Assembly (NCBI GenBank): GCA_964629655.1
Contig: CAZVQU010000002.1
Span: forward strand, 443 to 64,442
Source: an uncultured Planctomycetia bacterium
GTDB taxonomy: Bacteria; Omnitrophota; Gorgyraeia; Duberdicusellales; 4484-171
Length of the DNA: 64,000 nucleotides
Direction of reading: 5' to 3'
The notes under the pieces were generated by a model that did not search any database, was not told the origin of the DNA, and saw only the letters and a list, made by a program, of their open reading frames with translations. Of this stretch, positions 28,311 to 38,545 are shown one piece after another. A program made the translations under genes and the position numbers. The number at the start of each line of letters is the position of its first letter. Position 1 is the stretch's first letter.

Positions 28311-28691
28311 ATGAAGAAAGAAGTAGTAATATCTTGCATAATCATTCTATTTTTAGTAGCTTTTATGTTTTCACCAAATAGTAGTAGTGTATTGGTAAGA
28401 AAAACTAAGGGAAACATTGCAAGAATAGTATTTTTTACGTCTTTATTTTGTCATCGGTGTGGTATACCTTGGCATATGACAGAAAAACACTCTACTATTT
28501 ATTCTGAAGATAGAAGTTGTTTTGCTCTCTGTGAGCAATGCTGGGGTGAATTAACTCCCAAACAAAGATTATCTCATTATCGTGAACTTTGGCAAAGTGG
28601 GGATTATGGCAATAAAGGTGATAAACCAACCTTGAAAGAACACCTTGCTAATTGGGAAGACATAAAAAGTGCTGTATTAAAAGGACTCTAA
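28311..28691 (+). CDS. Hypothetical protein with two CxxC pairs (phage-like cargo)
   Basis: RBS aaggagg; CHRC and CEQC motifs. Confidence 0.6.
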   Translation: MKKEVVISCIIILFLVAFMFSPNSSSVLVRKTKGNIARIVFFTSLFCHRCGIPWHMTEKHSTIYSEDRSCFALCEQCWGELTPKQRLSHYRELWQSGDYGNKGDKPTLKEHLANWEDIKSAVLKGL

Positions 28692-28792
28692 CCCCAATGG
28701 CGTGGGTAGACACTGAGGTGTGTAGAGATGAGAATATTTTTAGCTCCTCGTTCCAACGAAACTTCTTACAAAAACTTCCTAAGCACTATAAA

Positions 28793-29008
28793 AATGGCGT
28801 AGATTTAAATACCGTTAAGGAGCTGCTGGGGCATAAGAATATAGAAATGACTATGTGATATAGCCACCTCAGTCAAGACCACAAAGCCCGTGCAGTAGAG
28901 GTTTTAGGACAACGAATGGGCACTATATGGACATCAGTTGCCAAAGAAGAAAATGATGATATACTGTATTTTCCTAAACACATTGAAAACAAAAGATACT
29001 TAACTAAT
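28793..29008 (+). pseudogene. Tyrosine integrase C-terminal remnant
   Basis: GVDLNTVKELLGHKNIEMTM*YSHLS; conserved R before the catalytic Y is now TGA (28856-58); N-terminus missing. Confidence 0.85.
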
Positions 29009-29082
29009 GCGCCCGTGGCTCAATTGGATAGAGCATTTGGCTACGGACCAGAAGGCTGCAGGTTCGAATCCTGCCGGGCGCA
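29009..29082 (+). tRNA. tRNA-Arg(ACG)
   Basis: gcgcccg/cgggcgc acceptor; ct-acg-ga anticodon loop. Confidence 0.93.
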
Positions 29083-29126
29083 CGGTTTTCATATAGCATA
29101 TAGTATCTTGTGTAAGGAGGGAGCAA

Positions 29127-29600
29127 ATGAAAGTAGTTGTTATTTATTATTCGCGGAGCGGCACAACTAAGAAGATGGCCGAGATAATTGCTGATGAAGT
29201 AAAGAATAACGGATGTAGCGTTGAGCTTAAGTCGGTATCAAAGATAAAGGCTGAAGAGCTTTTAAGGTATGACGGTATAATAGTCGGTTCCCCTACTTAT
29301 TACGGAACTTTAGCTGCTCAAATAAAAGAGCTTTTTGATGAAAGTGTAACCTTTCATGGTCAGCTTGACGGAAAAGTCGGTGCCGCATTTTCTTCAGCGG
29401 CAAACATTGCCGGCGGAAATGAAACTACAATTTTAAGCATTCTAGAGGCAATGTTAATCCATGGAATGATTATCCAGGGTGACTTTAAGGGCGATCATTA
29501 TGGTCCGGTGGCAATCGGTAAAGTTGATAAGCGATCCGAAGATAATTGTCGGCGCTTCACCCAGCGATTCTGCAAACTCCTTAAGAGAATAGGTAGCTAA
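29127..29600 (+). CDS. Flavodoxin/WrbA-like NAD(P)H-dependent oxidoreductase
   Basis: YYSRSGTT, GSPTYYG, GGNETT. Confidence 0.88.
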   Translation: MKVVVIYYSRSGTTKKMAEIIADEVKNNGCSVELKSVSKIKAEELLRYDGIIVGSPTYYGTLAAQIKELFDESVTFHGQLDGKVGAAFSSAANIAGGNETTILSILEAMLIHGMIIQGDFKGDHYGPVAIGKVDKRSEDNCRRFTQRFCKLLKRIGS

Positions 29601-29601
29601 T

Positions 29602-29913
29602 ATGACAATGGTTATTTTTGTTACTATTCCCCGGGCAAAAGCAAAATCTTTTGCTAGAATGCTCTTAAAAGAACGAAGCTGCGCCTGTGTCAATATCTTA
29701 CAGGGTGTAGAGTCGCTTTTTTGGTGGCAAGGTAAGATTGATAGCGAAAAGGAAGCTCTTTTAATCATTAAAACAAAACAATCCGCGTACTATAAATTGA
29801 AAAAAGTTATTAAGAATAATCATCCTTACAGTGTTCCGGAAATAATCGCCTTTAAGGTGGATAAAATCGACAGCGAATACCAGAAGTGGCTAAAAAAAGA
29901 AGTAAATGATTAA
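29602..29913 (+). CDS. cutA: Divalent-cation tolerance protein CutA
   Basis: ACVNI, WWQGKI, HPYSVPEII. Confidence 0.92.
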   Translation: MTMVIFVTIPRAKAKSFARMLLKERSCACVNILQGVESLFWWQGKIDSEKEALLIIKTKQSAYYKLKKVIKNNHPYSVPEIIAFKVDKIDSEYQKWLKKEVND

Positions 29914-30610
29914 AGAGTGGCTTATTGATTTAGGGAACTTTTTTACTCCCTCTACCTTTTTAGGGCTTGGGGCAAGTTTCTTTGCTGGGATATTGGCAAG
30001 CTTTTCTCCCTGCATATTACCCTTGATTCCAATTACCTTAGGTATTGTTGGTGCTGTGTCTGCTTCAACCCGGCTTCGAGGATTCCTTATAAGTCTTAGT
30101 TTTGTCTTGGGCCTGTCAGTAGTTTATACAATTTTGGGAATAGTTTCTTCTTTCTTTGGTATATTGTTGGGTGCGCTCTTAGTTAATCCGATAACTTATA
30201 TTGTTTTAGCAATTATCTTTTTTCTTCTCAGCGCTGTTTCTTTAGGGTTGATTAGAATAAATCTTCCGCTCTCATTAGGCAGCACCCATAAAGCAAAGGG
30301 AAGCCTCATATCAGTCTTTATATTAGGAATGGTTAGCGCGTTTGCTCTTATCCCTTGCAATTTTCCAGTTTTAGGTGCAATTTTGAGTTTAATCTCGGTA
30401 AAGCAGAGTGTTGCTTATGGTGCCTTAGCGCTTTTTCTTTTTTCACTTGGCCAAGGTGCGCCGTTGATTGTATTAGGTACCTTTACCGGATTAATTCAGA
30501 AGTTGCCAAAGCAGGGTTTATGGTTTATAATTATAAAAAAGAGTTTGAGTGTAGTATTAGCTTTAGTAGGAGTGTACTTTATCGTAAGATTTATACAGGT
30601 GTTAGGATGA
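29906..30610 (+). CDS. CcdA/DsbD transmembrane domain protein
   Basis: SFSPCILPLIP and second PC motif; six TM helices. Confidence 0.88.
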   Translation: MIKEWLIDLGNFFTPSTFLGLGASFFAGILASFSPCILPLIPITLGIVGAVSASTRLRGFLISLSFVLGLSVVYTILGIVSSFFGILLGALLVNPITYIVLAIIFFLLSAVSLGLIRINLPLSLGSTHKAKGSLISVFILGMVSAFALIPCNFPVLGAILSLISVKQSVAYGALALFLFSLGQGAPLIVLGTFTGLIQKLPKQGLWFIIIKKSLSVVLALVGVYFIVRFIQVLG

Positions 30611-31059
30611 AAAGAATTATTTTATCGTTACTGCTTTTCTGTTTTTTTACCCCTAGTTTTGCCGCTGAACGAAGATTTCCGACATTGGATGGGAAAAGCA
30701 TATCTTATGATAAATTAATCTCTGAGGAAAATACTATCCTGTTTACTTGGGCTACCTGGTGTCCGAGTTGCCGACGCGAGCTTGAACGGCTTTCAAGAGA
30801 ACGCGTATTTTTTGAAGGCATTAACGTTTGGTATGTAGACATCGGAGAAGAGACGTCAGTTGTAGAGAGATACGTTACGGCAAAAAGTTTAAACGATAAC
30901 ATAAGGAGCAGAATTGTTTTGGACAGGGAAGGTTACGTCGCCCAAAAATTCTCAGTTACTGGCATACCGACTTATCTTTTTTTCAAAGACGGCAAGAGAG
31001 TCTTTAAATCCTACTATTTCGATGACGAAGTCCTAGAAAAGGTTTTTGGTAAAGAGTAA
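30607..31059 (+). CDS. TlpA-family thioredoxin-like protein
   Basis: Signal peptide; WATWCPSC; VTGIPT. Confidence 0.88.
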   Translation: MKRIILSLLLFCFFTPSFAAERRFPTLDGKSISYDKLISEENTILFTWATWCPSCRRELERLSRERVFFEGINVWYVDIGEETSVVERYVTAKSLNDNIRSRIVLDREGYVAQKFSVTGIPTYLFFKDGKRVFKSYYFDDEVLEKVFGKE

Positions 31060-31077
31060 GAATTCTGGCAGTCTAGA

Positions 31078-32235
31078 TTATTGCGGAATAAGAGCTCTTT
31101 TGGCTATGTTATTGGAGGTATCGGATTCCCAAGCTTTAGAGTTAGAGTTAACCGTAACCGTAAACTCACTTTTTTCAACGCGAGCTACCCTATACCTTAA
31201 GGTTTTGAGGTAAGTTTGACCCCCACTTAGCTTAGGCACTCTAAACATTTTTGTCTTGCCATTAGGAAAAATTACTTTTGTTTTTGAAGAACTGGCAGAT
31301 AGCTGTCCTGTATTCTTTACTACCACAACTAGAGTTATTTTATCGCCAGCTTTTATTGTGTCGGTGGAGGGTACTCCGATTGACACAACTTGAAAATCAG
31401 GCAGCTTAGGATTTATGGGTGTAGGTATCGAAGCTAATTTATTAAATACACTAGCAGCGAAATCTTTATCAAAAATAATTTGCTCTTGAACTAACTTTAT
31501 AATTTGCAAAATTATATTACGTCCCCAACTACTTTGACTATACCTTAGTCGGTAAACTATATCATCTTCAAGTGCATTGTACGATTCCTTCAGAAAATAA
31601 ATTTTCTCAGGAAGAAGACGTTTTAATTCCCCGAGCTCATGTTTTTTGGCAGTTTCAGCAAGACCTTCGTATATCGTGATTATCTGCTCAAGGATTTCTG
31701 TAGGAGAATTTTCAAGAGCGTTTGAGCAAAGGGTGTAATAACGATAAATCCCATCTGTCGGTAAGTTTTCAGTAAAGTCATCCTTAAAGGAAGTCTTTAG
31801 TCTTTCGATGTCGGCATACCTCATGAGCAGTCGCCTGAAACTAGACTTGAGATCGCTATCCTTGCCGAGATCCTTTTCCATGAAACGCTTAAAATTTCGA
31901 CAGGATTTTTTAGGGCCCGTTAAATCCGGTATTATCTTTTTTGTTTTTACTTGGAGAGTATTTACAAATTTAGAATAATCAAATTCGTTCATAGAGGAGA
32001 GAGACTTAAGCATTTTTAAAGTGTGACCAGTAATCTCACTTAAGTATTGAAAATTCAACCCAAGTTGGTCAAGAAATAGTTTGTTGTCAGAATTTATCTG
32101 ATTCTCAAGAAATTTTTTCCTTTCCCTGTTTACTTTTTTAGGTAGGGGATTCTGAGCGAAAAGAAGGTAATTAAAAGAAAAGACCGCAATTAGTGTGAGT
32201 AAAGTGGTAAGAGCACTATAAGACCTCATTCTCAT
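31078..32235 (-). CDS. Exported protein with C-terminal CARDB/Ig-like domain
   Basis: LPDFQV...VKNTG...ESDTSNN. Confidence 0.75.
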   Translation of the reverse strand: MRMRSYSALTTLLTLIAVFSFNYLLFAQNPLPKKVNRERKKFLENQINSDNKLFLDQLGLNFQYLSEITGHTLKMLKSLSSMNEFDYSKFVNTLQVKTKKIIPDLTGPKKSCRNFKRFMEKDLGKDSDLKSSFRRLLMRYADIERLKTSFKDDFTENLPTDGIYRYYTLCSNALENSPTEILEQIITIYEGLAETAKKHELGELKRLLPEKIYFLKESYNALEDDIVYRLRYSQSSWGRNIILQIIKLVQEQIIFDKDFAASVFNKLASIPTPINPKLPDFQVVSIGVPSTDTIKAGDKITLVVVVKNTGQLSASSSKTKVIFPNGKTKMFRVPKLSGGQTYLKTLRYRVARVEKSEFTVTVNSNSKAWESDTSNNIAKRALIPQ

Positions 32236-32366
32236 TTTTATCCTCCTTACTTTGTTTGCATTATACCAGAATTCGGTTACGTTGCCTACCGATAATTTTA
32301 AGGAGCGGTTCTCACTTACGTTTTCGTTGACACTAGGTCTCTTTTATGATAGTTTAATCAACGCTT

Positions 32367-33185
32367 ATGAGTAAAAAAATTAGGGTTGGTATTGTTGGGT
32401 TTGGCAATATGGGTAGCTCTTGCGTAGCAGCTCTTAGTAAGGGAAGCCAATACGAAGTCTTCATTTACGACATTGACCAGAAGAAGAGACGAACATCCAA
32501 AAATTTTTCGGTCAAAAAGGACATTACTCAATTAATTGCATCAGCTGAGATAGTTATTCTAGCCATTAAACCTCAAGATGTAGGTAATTTCATAATCCAA
32601 AGCAAGAAAAGTTTGCTGAAGAAGAAACCGCTCTTAATAAGTGTCGCTGCGGGTATCTCTACATCTTGGTTCAAAGATCATCTAAAAGGCATGCGGGTGG
32701 TAAGAGTCATGCCGAATCTAGCTGCAAAAGTGGGAGAATCCCTGTCTTTTGTTTCAAAAGGGAAAAATGCTAAGAAATCTGACCTTGCAAAAGCAAAGAT
32801 GATTTTTTCATGCATTGGGGAGGTTATTGTGGTAGACGAAAAATATTTAAACAGAGCTACTGGAGTTAGCGGTAGCGGTCCGGGGTATGTCTTTTACTTT
32901 ATGGAATCAATGTATCAAGGGGCCCTAAAATTAGGTTTTACCAGGAAAGAAGCCAGGAGAACGATAATCCAAACCTTTTTGGGTGCAGCTAAGCTGGCAA
33001 AGGTTTCCGGAGAAGAATTCAAGAATCTAATTAAGAAAGTTGCGTCCAAGAAAGGAACGACCGAAGCAGCCCTAGAGGTTTTTAAAGCTGGGAAGATGGA
33101 TAAGACAGTCATTAAGGGCATGAGTAGCGCTTGTAGAAGAGCCGAGGAAATTTCATCTAAACTCATTAAAAGGGAGAAAAAATAA
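32367..33185 (+). CDS. proC: Pyrroline-5-carboxylate reductase
   Basis: GFGNMG, AIKPQ, RVMPN, SGSGPGY, GTT. Confidence 0.95.
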   Translation: MSKKIRVGIVGFGNMGSSCVAALSKGSQYEVFIYDIDQKKRRTSKNFSVKKDITQLIASAEIVILAIKPQDVGNFIIQSKKSLLKKKPLLISVAAGISTSWFKDHLKGMRVVRVMPNLAAKVGESLSFVSKGKNAKKSDLAKAKMIFSCIGEVIVVDEKYLNRATGVSGSGPGYVFYFMESMYQGALKLGFTRKEARRTIIQTFLGAAKLAKVSGEEFKNLIKKVASKKGTTEAALEVFKAGKMDKTVIKGMSSACRRAEEISSKLIKREKK

Positions 33186-33187
33186 TT

Positions 33188-34048
33188 ATGGGAAAGATAG
33201 GCGTAATTGGTGGAAGTGGTCTTTATGAGTTAGAAGGTCTGGAGAGGATAGAGGAGGTCTCTTTGGATACTCCTTATGGTGCACCTTCAGATAAATTTCT
33301 TGTTAGTGAGCTAGATGGTAAGGAAGTAGTTTTTCTTCCGCGTCACGGAAGACACCACCAAATCAACCCTTCCCGTATAAATTATCGGGCCAATATTTAT
33401 GGGATGAAAAAACTAGGCGTTGAACGAATAATCTCTATTACGGCTTGTGGTTCTTTAAAAGAAGAATATAAACCTTTAGACTTTCTAATCCCGACACAAT
33501 TCGTAGATCGAACCAATCAAGCCCGCAGATATACTTTTTTTGATGAAGGCATTACTGCTCATATTGGCTTTGCTCATCCAGTTTGTGAGAATTTAGCAGG
33601 AATCCTAAAACAAGCTACCGAAAATAGTAAAATAGCTACTCATTATGGCGGAACCTATATAAATATGGAAGGTCCGCAATTTTCCACCTTGGCTGAATCA
33701 AACCTTTACCGAAGCTGGGGGATGGATATCATCGGAATGACTAACATGGCTGAAGCACGTCTAGCTCGTGAAGCCGAGATCTGTTACGTGAGCTTAGCAG
33801 CAGTTACTGATTATGATTGTTGGCACCAAAGCCACGAGAGCGTAACTTTAGATGAGATATTATCTAACCTCAAGAAGAATGTCGCTAATTCAAAGACGCT
33901 GCTGAAGGAATTTGTATCTCTTGTTAATAATAACGAAAGCTGTGGTTGCCATGAAGCTCTAAAGAATGCGATACTTACCAGAGAAGAATTTATTCCCCAA
34001 GAAACCAAAAAGAAGTTAGATATTATAATCAATAAGTATATAAAATGA
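33188..34048 (+). CDS. mtnP: S-methyl-5'-thioadenosine phosphorylase
   Basis: GGSGLY, PRHG, EGPQFST, GMT, VTDYDCW. Confidence 0.93.
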   Translation: MGKIGVIGGSGLYELEGLERIEEVSLDTPYGAPSDKFLVSELDGKEVVFLPRHGRHHQINPSRINYRANIYGMKKLGVERIISITACGSLKEEYKPLDFLIPTQFVDRTNQARRYTFFDEGITAHIGFAHPVCENLAGILKQATENSKIATHYGGTYINMEGPQFSTLAESNLYRSWGMDIIGMTNMAEARLAREAEICYVSLAAVTDYDCWHQSHESVTLDEILSNLKKNVANSKTLLKEFVSLVNNNESCGCHEALKNAILTREEFIPQETKKKLDIIINKYIK

Positions 34049-34944
34049 GTGTTTTAGTAGTCGGTTCAGTTGCTTTGGATACGATAACAACCCCTTTTGG
34101 TAAGGCTAAGGATATCCTTGGAGGTTCAGCAACCTTTTCGGCAGTAAGTGCTAGTGTATTTACTCCGGTAAACTTGGTTGCTGTGGTTGGTCAGGACTTT
34201 CCCGAAGAGTACATAGATCTTCTTAGAGATAAGAGGGTTGACTTAACCGGTTTAAAAAAGGAAAGGGGTAAAACCTTTCGTTGGGAAGGGGAGTATAGCT
34301 GGGATTTTTCAAATCCAAAGACAATTGCTACCGATTTAAATGTTTTTGGAAAGTTTGACCCCACGATTCCTAAAGTTTACCGAAAGAATAAATTTTTGTT
34401 TTTAGCAAATATTGATCCCGAAATACAGGAAAAAGTCTTAAACCAGGTTGATAAACCCAAGATAATTGCTTGTGATACCATGAATTATTGGATTGAGCAT
34501 AAACGAAAGCAACTACTAAAACTCTTGAAGAAGGTAGACATTTGTCTTCTTAATGAGGCCGAAGCTAGGGAATTGGTCGGTGAAGTTAATCTCATGAAGG
34601 CTGGCAAGGAGATTCTAAAATTAGGGCCGCTGGTAGTAATTATAAAAAAAGGTGAACATGGAGTACTTTTATTCTCACAAAAACATATTTTTGCGACCCC
34701 AGCCTACTTGTTAGAATCTGTATATGATCCTACCGGGGCCGGAGATACTTTTGCCGGGGGTTTTATGGGTTATTTAGCAAGAGCTAAAGAGTATAACAAG
34801 AAGAGCTTAAGGAGAGCGGTTGTCTACGGTAGCATAATGGCAACCTTCGCAGTAGAAGACTTTAGTTTAAGAAAATTGCAGAAAGTAACCCTTCAGGATG
34901 TCCGCAGGCGTCTAGATAAATTTAAAAAATTTACTAACTTTTAA
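34045..34944 (+). CDS. PfkB-family sugar/nucleoside kinase
   Basis: GGSA, KKGEHG, DPTGAGDTF. Confidence 0.92.
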   Translation: MSVLVVGSVALDTITTPFGKAKDILGGSATFSAVSASVFTPVNLVAVVGQDFPEEYIDLLRDKRVDLTGLKKERGKTFRWEGEYSWDFSNPKTIATDLNVFGKFDPTIPKVYRKNKFLFLANIDPEIQEKVLNQVDKPKIIACDTMNYWIEHKRKQLLKLLKKVDICLLNEAEARELVGEVNLMKAGKEILKLGPLVVIIKKGEHGVLLFSQKHIFATPAYLLESVYDPTGAGDTFAGGFMGYLARAKEYNKKSLRRAVVYGSIMATFAVEDFSLRKLQKVTLQDVRRRLDKFKKFTNF

Positions 34945-34945
34945 A

Positions 34946-37693
34946 ATGAAAACAAATTATAAAGATACTTTAAATTTGCCGCGTACTGATTTTTCAATGA
35001 AGGCAAACCTTTCAATTTTAGAGCCTAAGCTTATTTCTGCGTGGCAGGATTCGAACATTTATCAAAAATTAAGAAAGGCGCGCAGGGGGCAGAAGAAGTT
35101 CATGCTCCATGATGGGCCGCCATATGCTAATGGTGCAATCCATATCGGGCATGCCCTAAATAAACTCTTAAAAGACATAATTATCAAGTATAAAGTTCTT
35201 AGTGGCTATGACTGTCCTTTTATTATTGGCTGGGATTGTCATGGTTTACCAGTAGAGCATCAACTGTTCAAAGAGTTAGGCTCTAATAAGCATGACGTAG
35301 AAGTCAGTGATTTCAGGAAGAAAGCTAAGGATTACGCTTTAAAGTTTGTTAAATTGCAAGGTCAGGATTTTATCCGTCTCGGCGTGTTTAGCGACCAAAC
35401 CAATCCCTACCTTACTCTAGACCCAAAGTATGAGCAAGCCGTAATTAAGCTTCTTGGAGAATTAGTCGTGGGAGGATATGTCTATCGCGGCCGTAAACCA
35501 GTTAATTGGTGTCAAGTCTGCGAAACTGCTTTAGCTGAAGCTGAGGTAGAGTATCTTGATAAGCAGTCAGATTCAATTTATTTTCTATTTAAACTTAGCG
35601 ATGGCAAGAAGGTTCTAGCAGAACAAGAGGATAGAGATACTTATTTTCTGGTCTGGACAACTACCCCTTGGACTTTAATTTCTAATGTTGCTGTAGCCCT
35701 GCATCCTAAATTAGACTACTGTTTGGTTCAACTTAAGGATAAAAGAGTTGTCCTGGCCAAAGAGCTAATACCGCAGCTTGAGGAGAAGTTCCAGACTCAA
35801 CTTAAAACAATAAAGTCATTCATTGGGAAGGACCTTGAAGGATTGATTCTTAAGCATCCGTTTATTAATCGAGACTCTCCGCTTGTTTTAGCTGATTTTG
35901 TATCTTGTGAAGAGGGTAGTGGTTGTGTGCATGTTGCCCCGGGTCATGGAGCAGAGGATTTTTCTCTAACTAAAAAATATGATTTAGATATCCTTATGCC
36001 AGTGGATGATAAAGGGATATTCCAAGAACCAGAAGAATTTAAAGGCAAAAACATAAAAGATGCTAATAGTTCAGTAATAAAAGTCTTAAATGATAAAGGA
36101 GCATTAGTTGCTCATGAGAAGATAAATCATTCTTATCCGCATTGTTGGCGTTGCAAGCAGCCGATAATTTTTCGAGCCACATTTCAGTGGTTCTTAAATG
36201 TGGACCATAAGAATTTGCGCCAGGAGGCACTAAAAGTAGTAGATAATGTCCGCTGGGTTCCTTCATCTGGTAAAGAACGCATGAAGAGCATGTTGATGAC
36301 TCGTCCTGACTGGTGCCTTTCTCGTCAAAGGCTTTGGGGCGTGCCTATACCGGCGGTAAAATGCCAGAAGTGCCAAGAGGTAAGTTTAACTAAAGAAATT
36401 ATTGATAAGACTGCTGAGATTTTTGGCAAAAGAGGTTCTGACTCATGGTTTAGCCTGGAATTGGACAAGTTTCTTCCCAAAAACTTTAAATGTTCCTGCG
36501 GTTGCAGTGATTTTGTAAAGGAATTTGATATTCTTGATGTATGGTTTGAATCCGGGGCAAGTTTTTTAGCAGTAGTAAAGAACAATCCTGACCTTGAGTT
36601 TCCGGCAGACCTGTATTTAGAGGGTAGCGATCAACATCGAGGGTGGTTTCAGGTTTCGTTAATTCCTTCTGTAGCTAAAGAGAAGCGCGCCCCATTTAAA
36701 ACAATCCTAACTCATGGTTTCGTGGTTGATGGCGAGGGGAGAAAAATGTCAAAGTCTTTAGGTAATGTGATTGCTCCTCAAGAAATTTCAAAACAATATG
36801 GTGCTGAAATTTTACGGTTATGGGCAGCTTACACAGACTACAGCGAAGATATTAAGATTTCAGAAGGGATTATTAAACAGCTAGTCGATATGTATAGAAA
36901 AATGCGTAACACCATAAGGTTTATCTTAGGGAATATATCTGATTTTAACCCCGGAGAGTTTAATTTACCTTACAGGAGCTTGCAAGAGGTCGATAAGTTC
37001 ATGTTAGCTAAACTAATGCGTTTTTACCAGGAAGTAACTACCTGCTATGAAGACTTTAGCTTTTATAGAGTTTGTCAAAAAGTGTTTAATTTTTGTAACC
37101 TAGACTTAAGCTCTTTTTACCTTGACATTTTAAAGGACAGATTATATACTTCTTCTCGATGTTCTGATGCGCGTAAGAGCGCACAATTCGTTCTTTATCA
37201 GGCTTTGGATGTTTTGCTTAAGTTAATTGCGCCAATTCTTTCCTTTACAGCCGAAGAAGCTTATCTCACTTGGGGTAGGTCCGCCGAAAGCGGAGGTTCA
37301 ATCTTTCTCTCTTCTTTCACTAAAAAATACCCCAAAGAATGGTCTAGTGAAGATGTGCTTGAGCGTTGGGAAAGAATATTTTCTCTACGCGAGCAAGTTT
37401 TAAAAGAGATAGAGAAAAGGCGGGAGGAAGGAGTCATCGGGAGTTCTCTAGAGAGCGATGTCTTCGTAAATTGTAAAGGTAAAGATTACTCCTTTTACAA
37501 AGGCTACCAGGACGTCTTAAATGAAGTCTTTATCGTTTCTTTGGTAACGATAGGAGAAGGTGATTTTTCTATTGCCGTCGAAAAATCTAAAGGTAAAAAA
37601 TGTTTACGCTGTTGGAATTGGAGCGATAGCGTTGGAGAAAATATAGAATACCCTGATATCTGCAATAAGTGTTTAATATCTTTAAAGGAGTGA
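34946..37693 (+). CDS. ileS: Isoleucine--tRNA ligase
   Basis: HDGPPYANG-HIGH, GWDCHGLP, EGSDQHRGWF, KMSKS, C-terminal Zn finger. Confidence 0.97.
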   Translation: MKTNYKDTLNLPRTDFSMKANLSILEPKLISAWQDSNIYQKLRKARRGQKKFMLHDGPPYANGAIHIGHALNKLLKDIIIKYKVLSGYDCPFIIGWDCHGLPVEHQLFKELGSNKHDVEVSDFRKKAKDYALKFVKLQGQDFIRLGVFSDQTNPYLTLDPKYEQAVIKLLGELVVGGYVYRGRKPVNWCQVCETALAEAEVEYLDKQSDSIYFLFKLSDGKKVLAEQEDRDTYFLVWTTTPWTLISNVAVALHPKLDYCLVQLKDKRVVLAKELIPQLEEKFQTQLKTIKSFIGKDLEGLILKHPFINRDSPLVLADFVSCEEGSGCVHVAPGHGAEDFSLTKKYDLDILMPVDDKGIFQEPEEFKGKNIKDANSSVIKVLNDKGALVAHEKINHSYPHCWRCKQPIIFRATFQWFLNVDHKNLRQEALKVVDNVRWVPSSGKERMKSMLMTRPDWCLSRQRLWGVPIPAVKCQKCQEVSLTKEIIDKTAEIFGKRGSDSWFSLELDKFLPKNFKCSCGCSDFVKEFDILDVWFESGASFLAVVKNNPDLEFPADLYLEGSDQHRGWFQVSLIPSVAKEKRAPFKTILTHGFVVDGEGRKMSKSLGNVIAPQEISKQYGAEILRLWAAYTDYSEDIKISEGIIKQLVDMYRKMRNTIRFILGNISDFNPGEFNLPYRSLQEVDKFMLAKLMRFYQEVTTCYEDFSFYRVCQKVFNFCNLDLSSFYLDILKDRLYTSSRCSDARKSAQFVLYQALDVLLKLIAPILSFTAEEAYLTWGRSAESGGSIFLSSFTKKYPKEWSSEDVLERWERIFSLREQVLKEIEKRREEGVIGSSLESDVFVNCKGKDYSFYKGYQDVLNEVFIVSLVTIGEGDFSIAVEKSKGKKCLRCWNWSDSVGENIEYPDICNKCLISLKE

Positions 37694-38089
37694 ATGATGA
37701 AAAAACGATTTACAAAAAAAGACTTGGATGGTTATAAAGAAAAATTATTTAATCTCAAGGATGATGTCCTAAGCCAAATTAGAGACATCTCAAAAGATAC
37801 CCTGATGAAATCTCAAAAGGATATGTCCGGTGACATTTCCGGGTATGGTCTTCATTTGGCAGATGTTGCTACCGACAATTACGAGCGTGATTTTAATTTA
37901 AACCTTGTGTCTAACGAACGAAAGATCGTTATGGATATCGATGCGGCTCTAAAACGTATCGAAGATAAAACTTATGGAGTTTGTGAGATGTGCAAGAAGC
38001 ACATTGTTAAGACCCGGCTTAAAGCTTTGCCCCACGCAAAATACTGTTACAAGTGTAAAGAGAAGCTTGAAAAAGAAAATAAACTATAG
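37694..38089 (+). CDS. DksA/TraR C4 zinc-finger protein
   Basis: HLADVATD, ALKRIE..TYGVCEMC...C..C. Confidence 0.9.
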   Translation: MMKKRFTKKDLDGYKEKLFNLKDDVLSQIRDISKDTLMKSQKDMSGDISGYGLHLADVATDNYERDFNLNLVSNERKIVMDIDAALKRIEDKTYGVCEMCKKHIVKTRLKALPHAKYCYKCKEKLEKENKL

Positions 38090-38092
38090 TTT

Positions 38093-38545
38093 ATGGTAAA
38101 AACGTGGATAGTCGCCACGGTAGTATTTTTTGCCGATTTTTTCATCAAAGGTTACCTTCGTTCCCAGTTTCCCTTCCAGTCAACCCCAGTCATTAAGAAC
38201 ATCCTGCATATTACCCTTGTATTTAATTCCGGAGCAGCTTTCGGTATCTTACAAAAAAACACTGTTTTTCTGATCTATGCCGGTATAGTTTTTATCATTC
38301 TTTTTTTCATTTTGATAAAGAAAGAAAATAAAAAAAGTACGCTTTTTTTAATCGCTTGCGGGTTAATCCTCGGAGGAGCTCTTTCAAATCTTTGGGATCG
38401 GCTATGTTTAGGTTATGTTGTTGACTACATTGATTTTCGTATCTGGCCAGTTTTTAATATCTCGGATGCTTGCATTACTATTGGTGCCGGTCTCCTGCTT
38501 TGGGAATCATACCAAGGTCATAGAAGAGTAAAATTACATAAATGA
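38093..38545 (+). CDS. lspA: Lipoprotein signal peptidase II
   Basis: NSGAAFG, GGALSNLWDR, VVDYI, PVFNISD. Confidence 0.95.
   Translation: MVKTWIVATVVFFADFFIKGYLRSQFPFQSTPVIKNILHITLVFNSGAAFGILQKNTVFLIYAGIVFIILFFILIKKENKKSTLFLIACGLILGGALSNLWDRLCLGYVVDYIDFRIWPVFNISDACITIGAGLLLWESYQGHRRVKLHK

Noticed and set aside
28916-29170. 84-aa ORF overlapping tRNA-Arg(ACG)
   Set aside because: Tail of the integrase pseudogene reading through the tRNA; not an independent gene.
30355-30606. N-terminal extension of the TlpA ORF in the ORF track
   Set aside because: Overlaps ccdA in another frame; the real start is the ATG at 30607 with a signal peptide.
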